Assembly: GCF_009834535.1 (NCBI RefSeq)
Contig: NC_045696.1
Coordinates: forward strand, 72,294,001 to 72,358,000
Length of the DNA: 64,000 bases
Direction of reading: 5' to 3'
Source of the DNA: Camelus ferus
Taxonomy: Eukaryota
Shown here: positions 1 to 11,445 of the stretch, piece after piece
How positions within the stretch are numbered: position 1 is the stretch's first letter
Layout of the letters: every line of letters starts with the position of its first letter
Made by a program: the position numbers and the translations under genes
Notes under the pieces: model-generated
Databases searched by the model: none
Seen by the model: only the letters and a program-made list of their open reading frames with translations
Told to the model about the DNA's origin: nothing

Positions 1-44
1 TCACAGTGAGAGAAATTTAGAATATAGAACTTTTTAGTGGATTT

Positions 45-335
45 GGGACACACCATTTTAATCCTCTGTCTCCAAAAAAAGTGATAAGAATTAGAATTGC
101 AATGGAAACTCTGAAGGAAAATTCAAACTTCATGGACTTCATTCAGTATTCTATATTCATGGCAGTCTCACTTATAGCAGTAGTATTACCTTTATATTAA
201 TGGAAACATCTTTGGTTCCAGGGTGGTGTACTGATTTCCAAAATGAAACTAGGATTCTGTGGCCTTGTGGAATACAGTAAGTCCATAGTAAGATGATACA
301 TTTTTAGCATTGTATGATAAAGATTTTAACATGTA
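45..335 (-). pseudogene. Fossil CUB domain
   Basis: WTYCIPQGHRILVSF, QRCFH*Y, EY*, LITFFGDRGLK. Confidence 0.7.
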
Positions 336-664
336 GTATGCATGAGACTTAGCTCAAAGCTCTAATTTTCACTTACTGTGATTAATGTATTATGTTATTA
401 TGGAGTAGTATGGAATTTAGGGAGGACTTACACAGTAAAAGTGACCTATGGCTGACACACTGTATCTTTAGTAAGCTACAGATGACATGGGTCTCTTCTC
501 AGAGGGGATATTGGCTTTCTGTATATAATTAATAACAAGAAAACTGTATCCTGACTCTAAGGCCTGCAGTAGCATCCTGGAACAAAAAGGGCCATAAATT
601 AACATCAATTATGTATTAAAGTTCCAATTAACCTGGCTGACACTGATATACTTTAACAAGGCAC

Positions 665-1332
665 ATTTAGATAAAAGAAGAAACTCTCTAATTACTTGGG
701 ACAGGACCTTATGACCGATTTTGTTCTTTATCCCAATTCCAACCTAATGAAGAATGATGAGAGAGGGGAAAAGTTCCATAGAAGGTGACAATGCAGCACC
801 AGAAGATACCCTCTGGGATACCCTTTAACCATCAAAAACTCTCCACCATGAATATTTTATTATACTTATATTCTCAAAAGTAAATACCCCATTAAAGAAG
901 AAGGGTACCCTAAGGTTGAAAATGCTGTCATCCTTTGAGATTTCCCACCTGGACTGGTTGAGCATATTATAAACTTTAAATAGGAGCCCCCCATTCTGCC
1001 TGGGCCTATTTTAGATGTGTTCTCTAAGAGAGGAGCTCATTGGTCATGATTCCCTCAGCACTGCTCACTCTCTCCATCCTTCAAATATTTGGACAGCCTT
1101 TCTGTTTTCTGTTTCAGGCAAGAGAATTCTGGTCCCTGGTCCCCATCTGTTCTCCAGGTGGCTCCTTGGATTTTGTTCATCTTCATCCCCTGTCCATTGT
1201 CTGGGCATCTTGCCCACTTAGATCTCTAGGTCTTTGTGTCCCTCCTGGTGTCCCTTGGTCAGTTCAGTTTCATCCAAAATTGCCTGTGCTCCTTCTAGGC
1301 TGCACATTACATGCTTTGAAGTGTTTCTTCAT
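665..1332 (-). pseudogene. Fossil exon: acidic linker plus CUB domain
   Basis: Strong acceptor ctatttctgtattttcag. One frame runs SLEGAQAILDETEL...NGGLLF..NQSRWEI...KYSWWRVFDG; after a frameshift it gives IVTFYGTFP...IREFLL. Confidence 0.65.
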
Positions 1333-2244
1333 CTGAAAATACAGAAATAGTATATGAAGATGTGCATAGAGTGGATGGGAGAGAAAATGTGGTAACTGTG
1401 GGCTACAGGGAAGGAGTGGGAGCAAGATAGGTCTCAATAACTTAGGAGCCAGAGGAGGGAAGAACACACAAAATAAAATAAGAAGTTGCTTGTCTTTATT
1501 GTACTTCTGTCTTCTATGGATCATTATCAAATGTTATCATTTGCTTTCCTGCAGTGATCTCCTTTTAGGTACCTGCTCACTTCTTGACATTTCCTGGAGC
1601 CTCTGCTCTAACTCACCCTCCCAGCAGATAGAGGAGCCTTGTCTCACTCTGTATCCAATCAGGTTTCCCTGTTCATCCCCTTTTCTTCCCCCATCAAATA
1701 GTCTAAGGCATAAATAATTTCTTCAAGGCTCTTCCCTGCCTACATCCAAAATGAGACTAACTTTTTATAGACATGAACTCAGCTTTTAGCCAAATATGAA
1801 ATTAAAAAAAATTAAGAAATGCATCTAAATAGAGCAGAATTTCTACTTATACATTTGGATAAATATATCTCAGTTCTTTCAGGGCCACAGATATGTGTGA
1901 ATAGATACTTAGATCTATCTAAGTATCAGTAAGTATCTAGAAGAGATGCTGAATAGAGATGAAAGTAGACATACAGAAATTAAATGTTGGCAACATATGT
2001 GGCCAATAAAGTTATCTCCAAATATAATCCTGACTACTTTGTTTTTGTTTTTGTTGTTGTTGTTGGCAAAGGAACATGATAGTAAAAAAAAATAGGACAA
2101 AGGATGTTAGTCCAGCTTGGAGGGAATTGTTAAAAATCTAAGGTTAATTGATTTGAGCTGAGGCTGGTGGGGGAAGGGCAGCCACCCTGAAGCAGGTAAA
2201 GAAGGTCCCAAGAACAACTTTGTTTGAAAGCTTTCTACCCCTAC

Positions 2245-2490
2245 CATTTGCCTATGTACCCAGGCCCAGGGCTTCCAGTAGTTTCTTGTCCCCAATTTTG
2301 TGTTTTTCTGATCTTGATTTGACAATCCAGCTCTGTTCTTTGGTACCCTACTTAGTATGTCTTCAGCCTTCTTCATTGGAAATCTTAGTTCAAGGATAAT
2401 CAGAAAAGTCTTACAAGCTTCAAAATGGATATTCTTCACGGAGTGGGGAAAAAAAGACATTTGTTGATATGCAAGGACTCAGAGACCAGA
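2245..2490 (-). pseudogene. Fossil CUB C-terminal end plus linker
   Basis: SPCISTNVFF/PHSVKNIHFEACKTF; donor atg|gtaggg; a MER5-like insertion lies immediately upstream. Confidence 0.45.
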
Positions 2491-2499
2491 TTACGCACA

Positions 2500-2705
2500 A
2501 ACATCAATTCTCGAGAGAGATCGTGGAGTCACCCAGAAGGCTTGTTTAAAAAGAGTACATTTTCAGGCCTCAACTCGTATCAACAGAATCAGGATTTCTT
2601 AAAGAAAAACCTGGAATCTGAGTACTAAACTATTAAGTTGAATATTTCAAAAGGGCCTCATGTAATTGATTATGAATAATATAAAGCAAGTTTGAAAAAC
2701 TCTGT
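2500..2705. mobile_element. MER5-type hAT-Charlie MITE, decayed
   Basis: gagtcaccca...aacagaatcaggatttct...aagtttgaaaaactctg. Confidence 0.55.
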
Positions 2706-2944
2706 GGGTTTATCTTAAAATAAATGAATCTGAATAGACGTCAGTAGCAGGAAACTGCAGTGTATGTGTATGAGTGTATATAATACATAATTCTGTATCT
2801 ATGTATCTATCTACCTACCTATCTATATCTACCTTAGAGTTTAACTGGAAGTTTGCAATATAAATGCCACATAAGGGATTCTTGAAATAGAACAGATTTT
2901 TATTTGACCCATTCTTTAAATTGCTCATTTTTATTACCATTTAA

Positions 2945-3475
2945 TTAACAGTTAGCCCAGCTGTAGTGTTTCAGTACTAAGTTCCTTTTATCAACAGATG
3001 GATACAGATGGAAATGCATAGACATGACACTTGTACTTGTTAAAATGAACTCATCTGTCCATCTTAGTAGTGGGGAGGAGAGAAAAAGAGATATATGAGT
3101 CTCACTGTTAATACTTAATTTAAGAAACAGTAGGATTCTGTGGCTGATGTTTGGTATAAGGGCAAATTCTTCTATTCTCCAATATTCTTTGAGAGCATCG
3201 CTATGTTATAGCATTGTATCCTAACTGACATTCATACTGATAACACATGTTATAAAAAGTTAATTATGCTCACAATACTCAATTTATGAAGGCAGGGAAT
3301 TGTTAAAATGATTAAACATGGTTAATACAAAATACCATTTGATATTTACAGCAAACAATTGTTTGGGAAACACAATTATGGCAAAAGTTAATTCCTGGAT
3401 ATCAGATAAGTAAGGTACTATTTCATAAAATAAGATTCTTGAACATAAACTGCTTATAATCTGGTGGAGAGACAA
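2945..3475 (-). pseudogene. Fossil CUB domain (plus the possible end of a preceding CUB)
   Basis: Single frame: EYCE...VIS...YWRI...IPNISHRILLFLK...ILTSTSVMSMHFHLYPSVDKRNLVLKHY (cf. CUB W-x-I-x-x-P-x-G-x-R-I-x-L-x-F ... STSNxMxVxFxSDxSVxxRGFxxxY). Confidence 0.65.
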
Positions 3476-3949
3476 AGTTGTAAAGACATGAAATAATTAA
3501 AGAGTAATGAAATAGTGCTATTGTACAAGTTACTTAATCACTCTAGATGACACAGTATCCTCATCAATGAAATGGATATAATAATGTAAGTCTCCCAGGG
3601 AGGTCTGAGGTTTAAAGGAGATAATTTATGCCCTTGGTAAGTGGCATATAGTGCCACTAAGTGAGGAATGACAGAGGTCCAGGGAAACAAGTGATGGCTA
3701 AAGATCAACGTAGACAGGGAAGCCTCTAGAGAGGTGGAGAGATTGAAACTTGCTCTTAGAGAAAAAGGAGATAAGAATTCTAGGTAGGAGGATCAATATA
3801 AACAAAGGTGTGGAGGAGGGAAAAATTATGGTATTTTAGATGACAAAGAGACCATCTGAAGGTGTGGGTCATAAAAGATTAACTGGGTAGGTATACTTCT
3901 TCAAAGTGGAGAATAGACATAAACAAAAAGAAAAGAACAAGATTCCATG

Positions 3950-4440
3950 ATACTACCACCCAGAGATAACTATTTTGCGATATATACTTCTTTCTAACTT
4001 TTTTCCTATGCAAATATTTACTTTTATAATTAAAATATACAATACTATATACACACGTTTGTAGTTTACTTTTAACACTACATTTATCATTACATTCTCA
4101 GCATTTTTGCATGTTATTGTATCTCTCTTGGAAACATGATTTCTAATAGCCACATAGAACATTTTGTGATCTTGCTGTAAATTAATCAGTCTGTATTTTT
4201 GGACTTTAAGTTTGCTGCATTTTTTTCTAATATATAACACTATTATAAAAATGATTTTTTTAAAAGGCTCATTTTTTTCATAACGTGAAATGAATTACTA
4301 GAAAAGATACATCTTGGTCCAAAATATATGAATATTTTTAGTTATTGATGCATTTTGTTTAATATTTTGAAAGCTTGTGCCAATATATATTTCCACTACC
4401 GGAATTTGAGAGCGTGAATTCATTCCATTCTTGGCAAAGA
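3950..4440 (-). mobile_element. Old L1 (L1ME-like) 3' fragment
   Basis: ccaccacccagagataac-type start and antisense L1 3' motifs. Confidence 0.6.
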
Positions 4441-5039
4441 AATTTGGACTTAGCGGAATTCTTGATCAGAGGCAGAGTAGTCTGGCAGCAGTAGGTGGAG
4501 GGACAGGAGGAAGAGATTCCAGAGCCATGTTGTTTCTAGCAACATAGAGGCGCCATGACCAGGTACTGAGCTTCAGGGGTCCGAGTAAGAACAGAGAGGA
4601 AGGAATAAATCTAAAAATTCTCCCTGCTTTCTCTAGTCCCTTTTTTTCCTCCCTTTCTCATTCCCTTCCTTCCTAATAACTTGCTTTTCCCCTTTATTAA
4701 AAAAACACATACCATAGTAGAAAATTTATAAAATACAGACATATAAAGTTAATACTTTATTATATATCTTTTCAGTCCTTTTTTCAGTATATGAATTAAT
4801 AAATTTAAGCTTTATTTTCACATATTAAATATTCTTTGCAAAAGTGAAAGCATGGATATAGCAACCTGTTTATTTATTTGCCATTGATGGATATATGTGC
4901 CAGATATTTTCTATCTTTGTTCAAATTGTTGTCTTTGTTTCTGATTGTACTCTAGCAGAAAGGAATTACTGAGTAAATGCTATAGATAGATTTTAGATTT
5001 AAGAGGCATTTTAAAGCATCATTAACAGGTTTCATTACC

Positions 5040-5093
5040 TGTGTGTGTGCACATGCACAAGCGTGCGCACACACACACACACACACACACACA
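5040..5093. repeat. (TG)n/(CA)n microsatellite
   Basis: Seen directly. Confidence 0.95.
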
Positions 5094-6439
5094 ACCAGGA
5101 CAAATGAAAAATGACCCCTCTGTTTCTAAACTTGAAGAATGAACCACAAAATAGAAATTCCAAGTAAGAACTGGTTTTGGAGGGAAGTTGACAAATTCAG
5201 TTTTGAAGCTAAACTGAACAAATAAACATATATTAAAAAAAGTGAAAATGAAGATGGAAGTCATTTCAGAAAGTAAAGAGTTCACATAGTCAATAAATCC
5301 TATTTCCATTATTTACATTTTGTATCTTATGTTAACAAAATTCATAAGAAAAAAATAGAGATATCCAAGGCACTATTTTATATCTTCTACCCTGAAACAT
5401 TATTTCTGTAAATAGCTCTTAGCAGAAAGATGTGAGATTTCATCCCCCTTAAAATTTTATGCTCACCCTATTTTTTAGCCCTTCTTATATGCAATCATTA
5501 CTTAATCATTACTTAAGGAATATTAGCATATATCAGTGTGTGATCCCTTTTTGTTTGTGAATGGAAGAATAACTATCTTTTTCTATATGAAGTATCCAAT
5601 TAGGAAGACTTTTCCAAGCCAAGAATAGCATATGAAACTGATCCATCTGTTCCAAAGCTTCTCAAGTCAGATGTTGTAAAATTCAGTTTACTCTGTCTTC
5701 ATATAACTCAGCTGACCCTATTTTATTCAAGGCTGTCTTGATTTTCCTCTTTTCTTTTTTCTCCCTATATGTTTAATAAAAAATAAATACTTCCTCCAGA
5801 AGAAAGAAAGAATAAAAATTTAAAATTTTCTAAGTAGTATCTTACAGCATAAATATTAAATAACTAGATTGGCCTACTCACTAAGACCTGTTTCTTTTTG
5901 AAGGACTAAGTTTGAATCAAATAATGGGTAAGAGTTTTGCTAAAATATGACATCTCTATGCTCTCCACTGCGTTCTCTTGCTGTGGCAGTTGATGATATC
6001 TCAGCATTTTTATTTCAATGCGTTTCAGAGGCACACTTTAATCTGGCAGAGAATTAAAAATGGGAAATATTTTTTTCTTTGCCCATTACTAAATTGATGG
6101 TGCAGTCATTTTGCTTCATGGTTTTGAAACAAAACTTGTTTATGTTGATCATTTTCTGGTGCAGTGTAAACTTTTAGTTAGCTAGCAGGGGTTAAGCTTC
6201 TTTGTCTCTCACTAACTTTGAATGCTATGAATATATTCATTAAGATACATTTGTTGGATGCCTTCCATGTGCCAGATTCTGTTAAGTGCTAGGTATGTGA
6301 TATTGGTCCTGGTCCTCATGGACCTTACAGTTTATAGGAGAGAGAAATAGTAATGAGCACAGAAATCAACATACAATTTTAGTGTTATGAAAGAAACAAG
6401 ATGCTTTCTGAAGCCCTGAGTGATAGTCAGATCAAGAAT

Positions 6440-7100
6440 GAGAGCCATGGGGAGTACAGTTAGGATGATATGGCAGCATTTCAGGTTACCTTTTATCTAA
6501 GATATTTATATACAAGATGGAGTAGATTATTCATATTTAAAATTTTTATCCCAATTTTGATATGTTTTGGCAATCTGTATCCCACTTCCCTGACATACTG
6601 TACATTATATGATGGCCAGTATAAGTTTCTCTTCTTCAGGGCAAGCAATTTTATTGACCATTTACATAGGGCAGTTTTTTTTTTAAACAGAATCTCTTGA
6701 ATTGGCAATTACTTCTGAGTATATCATGGATTTGTTAATTTCTCCATGTAGTTTTATCAATATTTGCTTATATATATTTGAGGCCCTTTTATTTGGTACA
6801 TATAAATGTAAAATTAAATAATTCTAAATAATTGAGCATTTTATTATTATGTAGTAAACTCCAAATTCTAATTATGCTTGTAAAATTCTATTTTGGATGA
6901 TAATATAGCAACTCCAGATTTTTGTTTTCCAGGAATAATTGATTTCAACTTTATTTTTAGTGTATCTCTTGTAAACAGCATGTATCTGGATCTTTGTATT
7001 TTGTCCAATGTGTCACATTCTGTTTAAATTGGTTAAGTTTAGTCTTCTGAAGTTTCTGTTTTTAAATTACTGATACATTAGGGCTTGTTTCCATCTTTCT
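6440..7100 (-). mobile_element. Old L1 ORF2 fragment
   Basis: Antisense L1M-type text such as gtatctcttgtaaacagcat and atagcaactccag. Confidence 0.6.
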
Positions 7101-7375
7101 TTTGCTTTTTTCCCCGATCTGTTCCTTTATATTACCCTAAACATGTAATATTGTTATTGTTCAATTCTCTATCAATCAGAGTCACCTGGGAGATTTTAAA
7201 AACCTTAATATTCAGGCTCTACCACTAGGGATTTTATGCAAGGTATGCAGTGGGACCTGGACATTGGTATTTTGAAAACTTCCCCGGGTAATACATACTT
7301 CTATATTACAGGTACTTTTGGATAGTCAGAATTTTACATCTCCTTCCAACATCACATCATAACCACCTACAATAC

Positions 7376-7862
7376 CTGGAGAAACTACCTTTCTTTAATT
7401 ACTCTAATAAAATTCTAGAAATTATGAGGTTTGAGATTGGCATTCACACTATTTCCACCCTGTTCTCTTGGAACTGTCTCTCTGACTTGACTCCCATTCC
7501 CCACTGCCTCAGAGCCCTCAGACTCCCACACTCAACTCATAGCTTGACAGAGTCAGGTTTTCAGGTATTTGGAGTAAGGTATTGTTTAGATCTGGTGTTC
7601 TGGCTGTTAGATTCTCCAGTGGAATTCAGAGTTGGGGGCAGCTTAAGTTATAGTGTTGAGTTGATCCTGTTAAGTTTCAGTTAGATTCCTCCTTCTACTC
7701 CACTGGAATTATCAATCCCCACTTCTTAACTCCTCAGCAGATTCACCATTGCTTGGCTCTGGTCTACCAACCTGTTGCTGAAGATGCTAATAGCAACAGC
7801 ATTTAAATATTTACTGGAAAACCATAGATCCTGGTAGTTCTGGGATGTAGAGTTTCTTCTAT
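7376..7862 (-). pseudogene. Fossil exon: N-glycan-sequon-rich linker plus N-terminal half of a CUB domain
   Basis: Acceptor tttaacag. One frame carries NST/NSS/NST/NST sequons and then ECGSL...WG..KS...N...V*M.I....RILLE. Ends at donor cag|gtattg. Confidence 0.55.
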
Positions 7863-7900
7863 CTGTTAAAGCTAATAGTCAACAATAATGTTCTCTAGTC

Positions 7901-8089
7901 CAGTAGTTCTCAAAGTGTCATCCCTGGACCAGCACCATCAGCAACAACCAAAAACTTGCTGGAAATACAAATTCTCTGCTCCTCTCTCAGACCTACTGAA
8001 TCAGGAATACTGAAAAGTAGGGTCCAGCAATTTGTGTTTTAACAAATCTGCCAGCTGATTCTAATGCTCAGTCAAGTTTGAGAGCCATG
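7901..8089. mobile_element. MER5A hAT MITE
   Basis: cagtagttctcaaagtg...aagtttgagagccatg, with 8-bp TSD ctctagtc/ctctaatc. Confidence 0.85.
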
Positions 8090-8465
8090 CTCTAATCCAA
8101 GAGGTTTTCAATGTTCAATTTAATTAAGAAGACAGGAAAATTCTCTTTGTAGTGGCAACTGGTTAATTAACTAGGAAATCAGAATGGTACAATCAAGACT
8201 CAAAAAGGGAATGGACTATTCTCTGGGTAGTGCTGTATTTTCTAATATGGTATTTTAATTTATTTTGAACATTACCCCAGTATTTAGGCTAATCTTCATG
8301 TTAATCTGCTTTTCTTGAAATTGAAAGTTAGTATATATATTAAGTGAAGTGGGAGGGTCAAAGCAAGAATTGTGAGCAAATTATCTAAGTGGAATGTGGA
8401 CTCATACAAATTATTCACATTCAACCCTCCTATACAGAAACAATTACCATGATCTTTTAAAATTT

Positions 8466-8605
8466 ACAGCACAAGGAATGTAACCAACATTTTATAATAA
8501 CTTTATATGGAATATAATCTATAAAATATTGAATCACTATGTTGTATACCCGAAAGTAATATAATATTGTAATTCAAATATGTTTCAATAAAAAATAAAT
8601 AAAAT
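8466..8605 (+). mobile_element. L1 3' end fragment
   Basis: gaatcactatgttgtatacccgaaagtaatataatattgta followed by an A-rich tail. Confidence 0.75.
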
Positions 8606-9066
8606 TTAATATGGAGTCAAATTCTTTTGTTTCTGCTTCTACTAACTGTGATTTCTAAAACAGGAATAGAAAACTGTTATTTATCCTTCTATTATGCTCA
8701 TTAGGCATTTGCTAAGTATACAGCAGTACACAGAACCCTATGATATAACCGGGCCCCAGTGAGGTAAAGATATACAGGAAAGCTTTCTCTTTGTAAAATT
8801 TGGTCCTAGAAAAAAATTAATTTGGGGCTGAAAAAAACCAGATTTGACATCTGGAGTCTTAAATATCACATACTTGTTTTAGTTCTGATTTTTTTTTAAA
8901 TCCACTTTTATTCTATTTACTAGTTTCTAAACTCATTTTCCTTTGCTAAAAGCACCTTTTATCTATCCAATGGTTTTAATGGAAACATATACATATATAT
9001 TTTTCCCACAAGCAGTAAACTAAGGAGAAAGAAAATAATTCAGCCATTTTTTTCCCCCACCAAAAT

Positions 9067-10417
9067 CTAGTTTTCATATGTGCAATAGCATATTCTCACC
9101 CTTAAGGAAAAAATAACTCAGATTTTGTAATTATACTAATGAACTGTAACAGGGTTATTGAGGTTGTTTTTGGTGGGACTGTGGGCCATTCGCAGGAAGG
9201 GCCATGGTCTCTACAGCCACAGTGTGATGGGTGGTAGGAGATGGGGAGGGGGACATGTGATGCCGTCCACTGCAATAATGTGGCAGGTCACATGCTGAAG
9301 AGATCACAGAGAACCCTCTGAGCCAGAACAAGCATTTGTAGAGCCACATCAAGAAGCACATTAGCCATTTCTGGGATGGTAAGTTTCTTGTGGAGGATAT
9401 TTTGCAAACATTATTGCGGAAAGTAAACATTTCTTTAGAGATATATTTGATTATAACTCTGTAAATAAACACCATATTAAGGGACCAGGGACTCCAGTGG
9501 GTGACAATAACCTCACTGCTAGAGCTTCTTGGATCTGGAGTGACCTAGTTTAGGGTCTGTAACTCTGAGCTTGGCAGTTTGATTTTCCTAGTGTCCCAGG
9601 AGGTCTAGCCATGTGACTAAGTTTCCTATTTCCCTTTTTCTCCCTAATATGTATAAGTGAAAATTAAACAGGAGATTATTGTTCTTATCTTTAAGGTGAG
9701 GACCAAGCTTATCAACGTGCAAAATACTTCTGAATTCTCAAATGTTATCCGCAGGTAAACCAGGAGTCCAGCAGATGTTCTCTGTAGGGTCGGGAGCAAC
9801 CTCTTCACACTGGAGGCTTCCATGTATGGCCTGCTTTGCTTTCTCCCATCTCCCCCTACTTCTCCGTAACCTCAGACCCTCAGGCCTTCCAGGCAAAATT
9901 AGCCAGTAACCTGTCAAGTTATCTCAATCTCACCCCTGAGAGGCCTCTTAGGCTGCTGTTGCCTGTTTACACTACCTTCATCTCACATGCTCATCAAATC
10001 ACCCTGCAGTCAGGGTCTTCTGGGACGCCCAGTACTGTCATGATATCCTAAGTAGACTTGCAACCGGTCACAAGCTCTTTCAGGCTCCAAGCTGTCTGCA
10101 CAAATAAACCCCACGACTTTTCTCCCCTCTTCCACTACTGTGCTATAAGTGGAATTAGTGGGGACATGTGTTAATTTCTTCAGCTTATATTTATCTAATT
10201 GTTCCTAATTTAGTTGTGTTAGAGTTGTCATTGATTATAAGATCCTGGAGTTCAGGATGTGTGTTCTACCTGGTCTGAATGATGCTCATCTAGGGCCACA
10301 TGCAACTGGGTGCTTCATAATGATGAGAAGATGAACATTCCACCTTTGGGTCTAACTTGCATTGTCCCGAAAGGATAAAGTCCAGCCCCTCAGGTTTGTA
10401 ACATATCTATTTTGGCT
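9067..10417 (-). pseudogene. Fossil TSP1 cluster (about 5-6 repeats) ending in a PLAC-like module
   Basis: GQCKLDP/RWNV..PVACGPR; SGRGEKSRGVYLC; LEPERACDRLQ..GRP..QGD; VTHWSPWSL/YGVYLQS; ACSGSEG..QHVTCH...TCPP..RPWP; RICYCTYEN* (cf. PLAC CCxTC). Confidence 0.75.
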
Positions 10418-11014
10418 CTGATAAAATAGCTGGTTGTTAAATTCCTTTCTTTAGTCTATAGAATTTATACATTGATTTATGTCTCTAACATTCAATTTTG
10501 AGTTTATAAAATGGTATCCTTCCACTACAAAACCCTTTACAAAGGGTAATATTCTGTTTTGTCTGATGACAAAATCTACCGTTGCCACTCAAGGATATTC
10601 AAAATGAGAAAGGAAATGCCTCCTTTATATAGTAAGGATTTTAGCTTACATTTCAACACCATGGAAACTAGGCATTGGAATAGGATCTTTCCTGTCTAAA
10701 TATATCCTTGGCTTTCAATTATACTTTCTATTTCACCAATATGGCTTTTAAAATTCTTCCATCTTCACAACGTTTTTCTTTATGTTGGGTTGGCAGAATC
10801 ACCTTGAGCCCATCCCTCAGCTTTCATCAGCAAATATTGTCACTTCAGGAGAAGCATAAATTGGGGTAATGTGAGTGCAAAGGATTCTCTCTGAGAAACT
10901 ATTCTGACGTCACAGGAATATGATTAAAATTAAAGCACATCTCAGATTTGGGGTGGCCACTTTTTCTTTTTGTTTTCATAATCATTTTCATTATAGGTTA
11001 CTAGGAGTGGTCAC

Positions 11015-11445
11015 TTTTTTAATTGAAGTATAATCAGTTTACAAAGTTGTGCCAATTTCTGGTGTATAGCTTAATGTTTCAGTCATAGCATATATATACT
11101 TATATTTATTTTCATATTCTTTTTCATTATAGGTTACTAAAATGTATTAAATATAGTTCCCTGTGCTATACAGAATAAACTGGCTCATTTTATATACAGT
11201 TGTTAGTATCTGCAAATGTCAAACACCCAATTTATGCCTTCCCAACCCCTTCCTCCCCAGCAAGTGTAAGTTTGTTTTCTATGTCTGTGAATCTGTTTCT
11301 GTTTTGTAAATAAGTTCATTTGTGTCTTTTTGGTTTTTTTTAGATTCCACATATGAGTGATATCATATGGTATTCTTCTTTCTCTTTCTTGCTTACTTCA
11401 CTTAGAATGATGATCTCCAGGTCCATGCATGTTGCTGTAAATGTA
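11015..11445 (-). mobile_element. 5'-truncated cetartiodactyl (camelid-like) L1
   Basis: L1 3' UTR plus ORF2 C-terminus (MDLEIIILSEVS), flanked by gg(a/g)gtgg(t/c)cactttt target copies. Confidence 0.9.

Noticed and set aside
222..276. Plus-strand AG...GTAAGT micro-exon (similar case at ~9153-9378)
   Set aside because: Weak acceptors and no coherent plus-strand protein. Both are better explained as antisense to fossil CUB/TSR sequence, although a lncRNA cannot be excluded.
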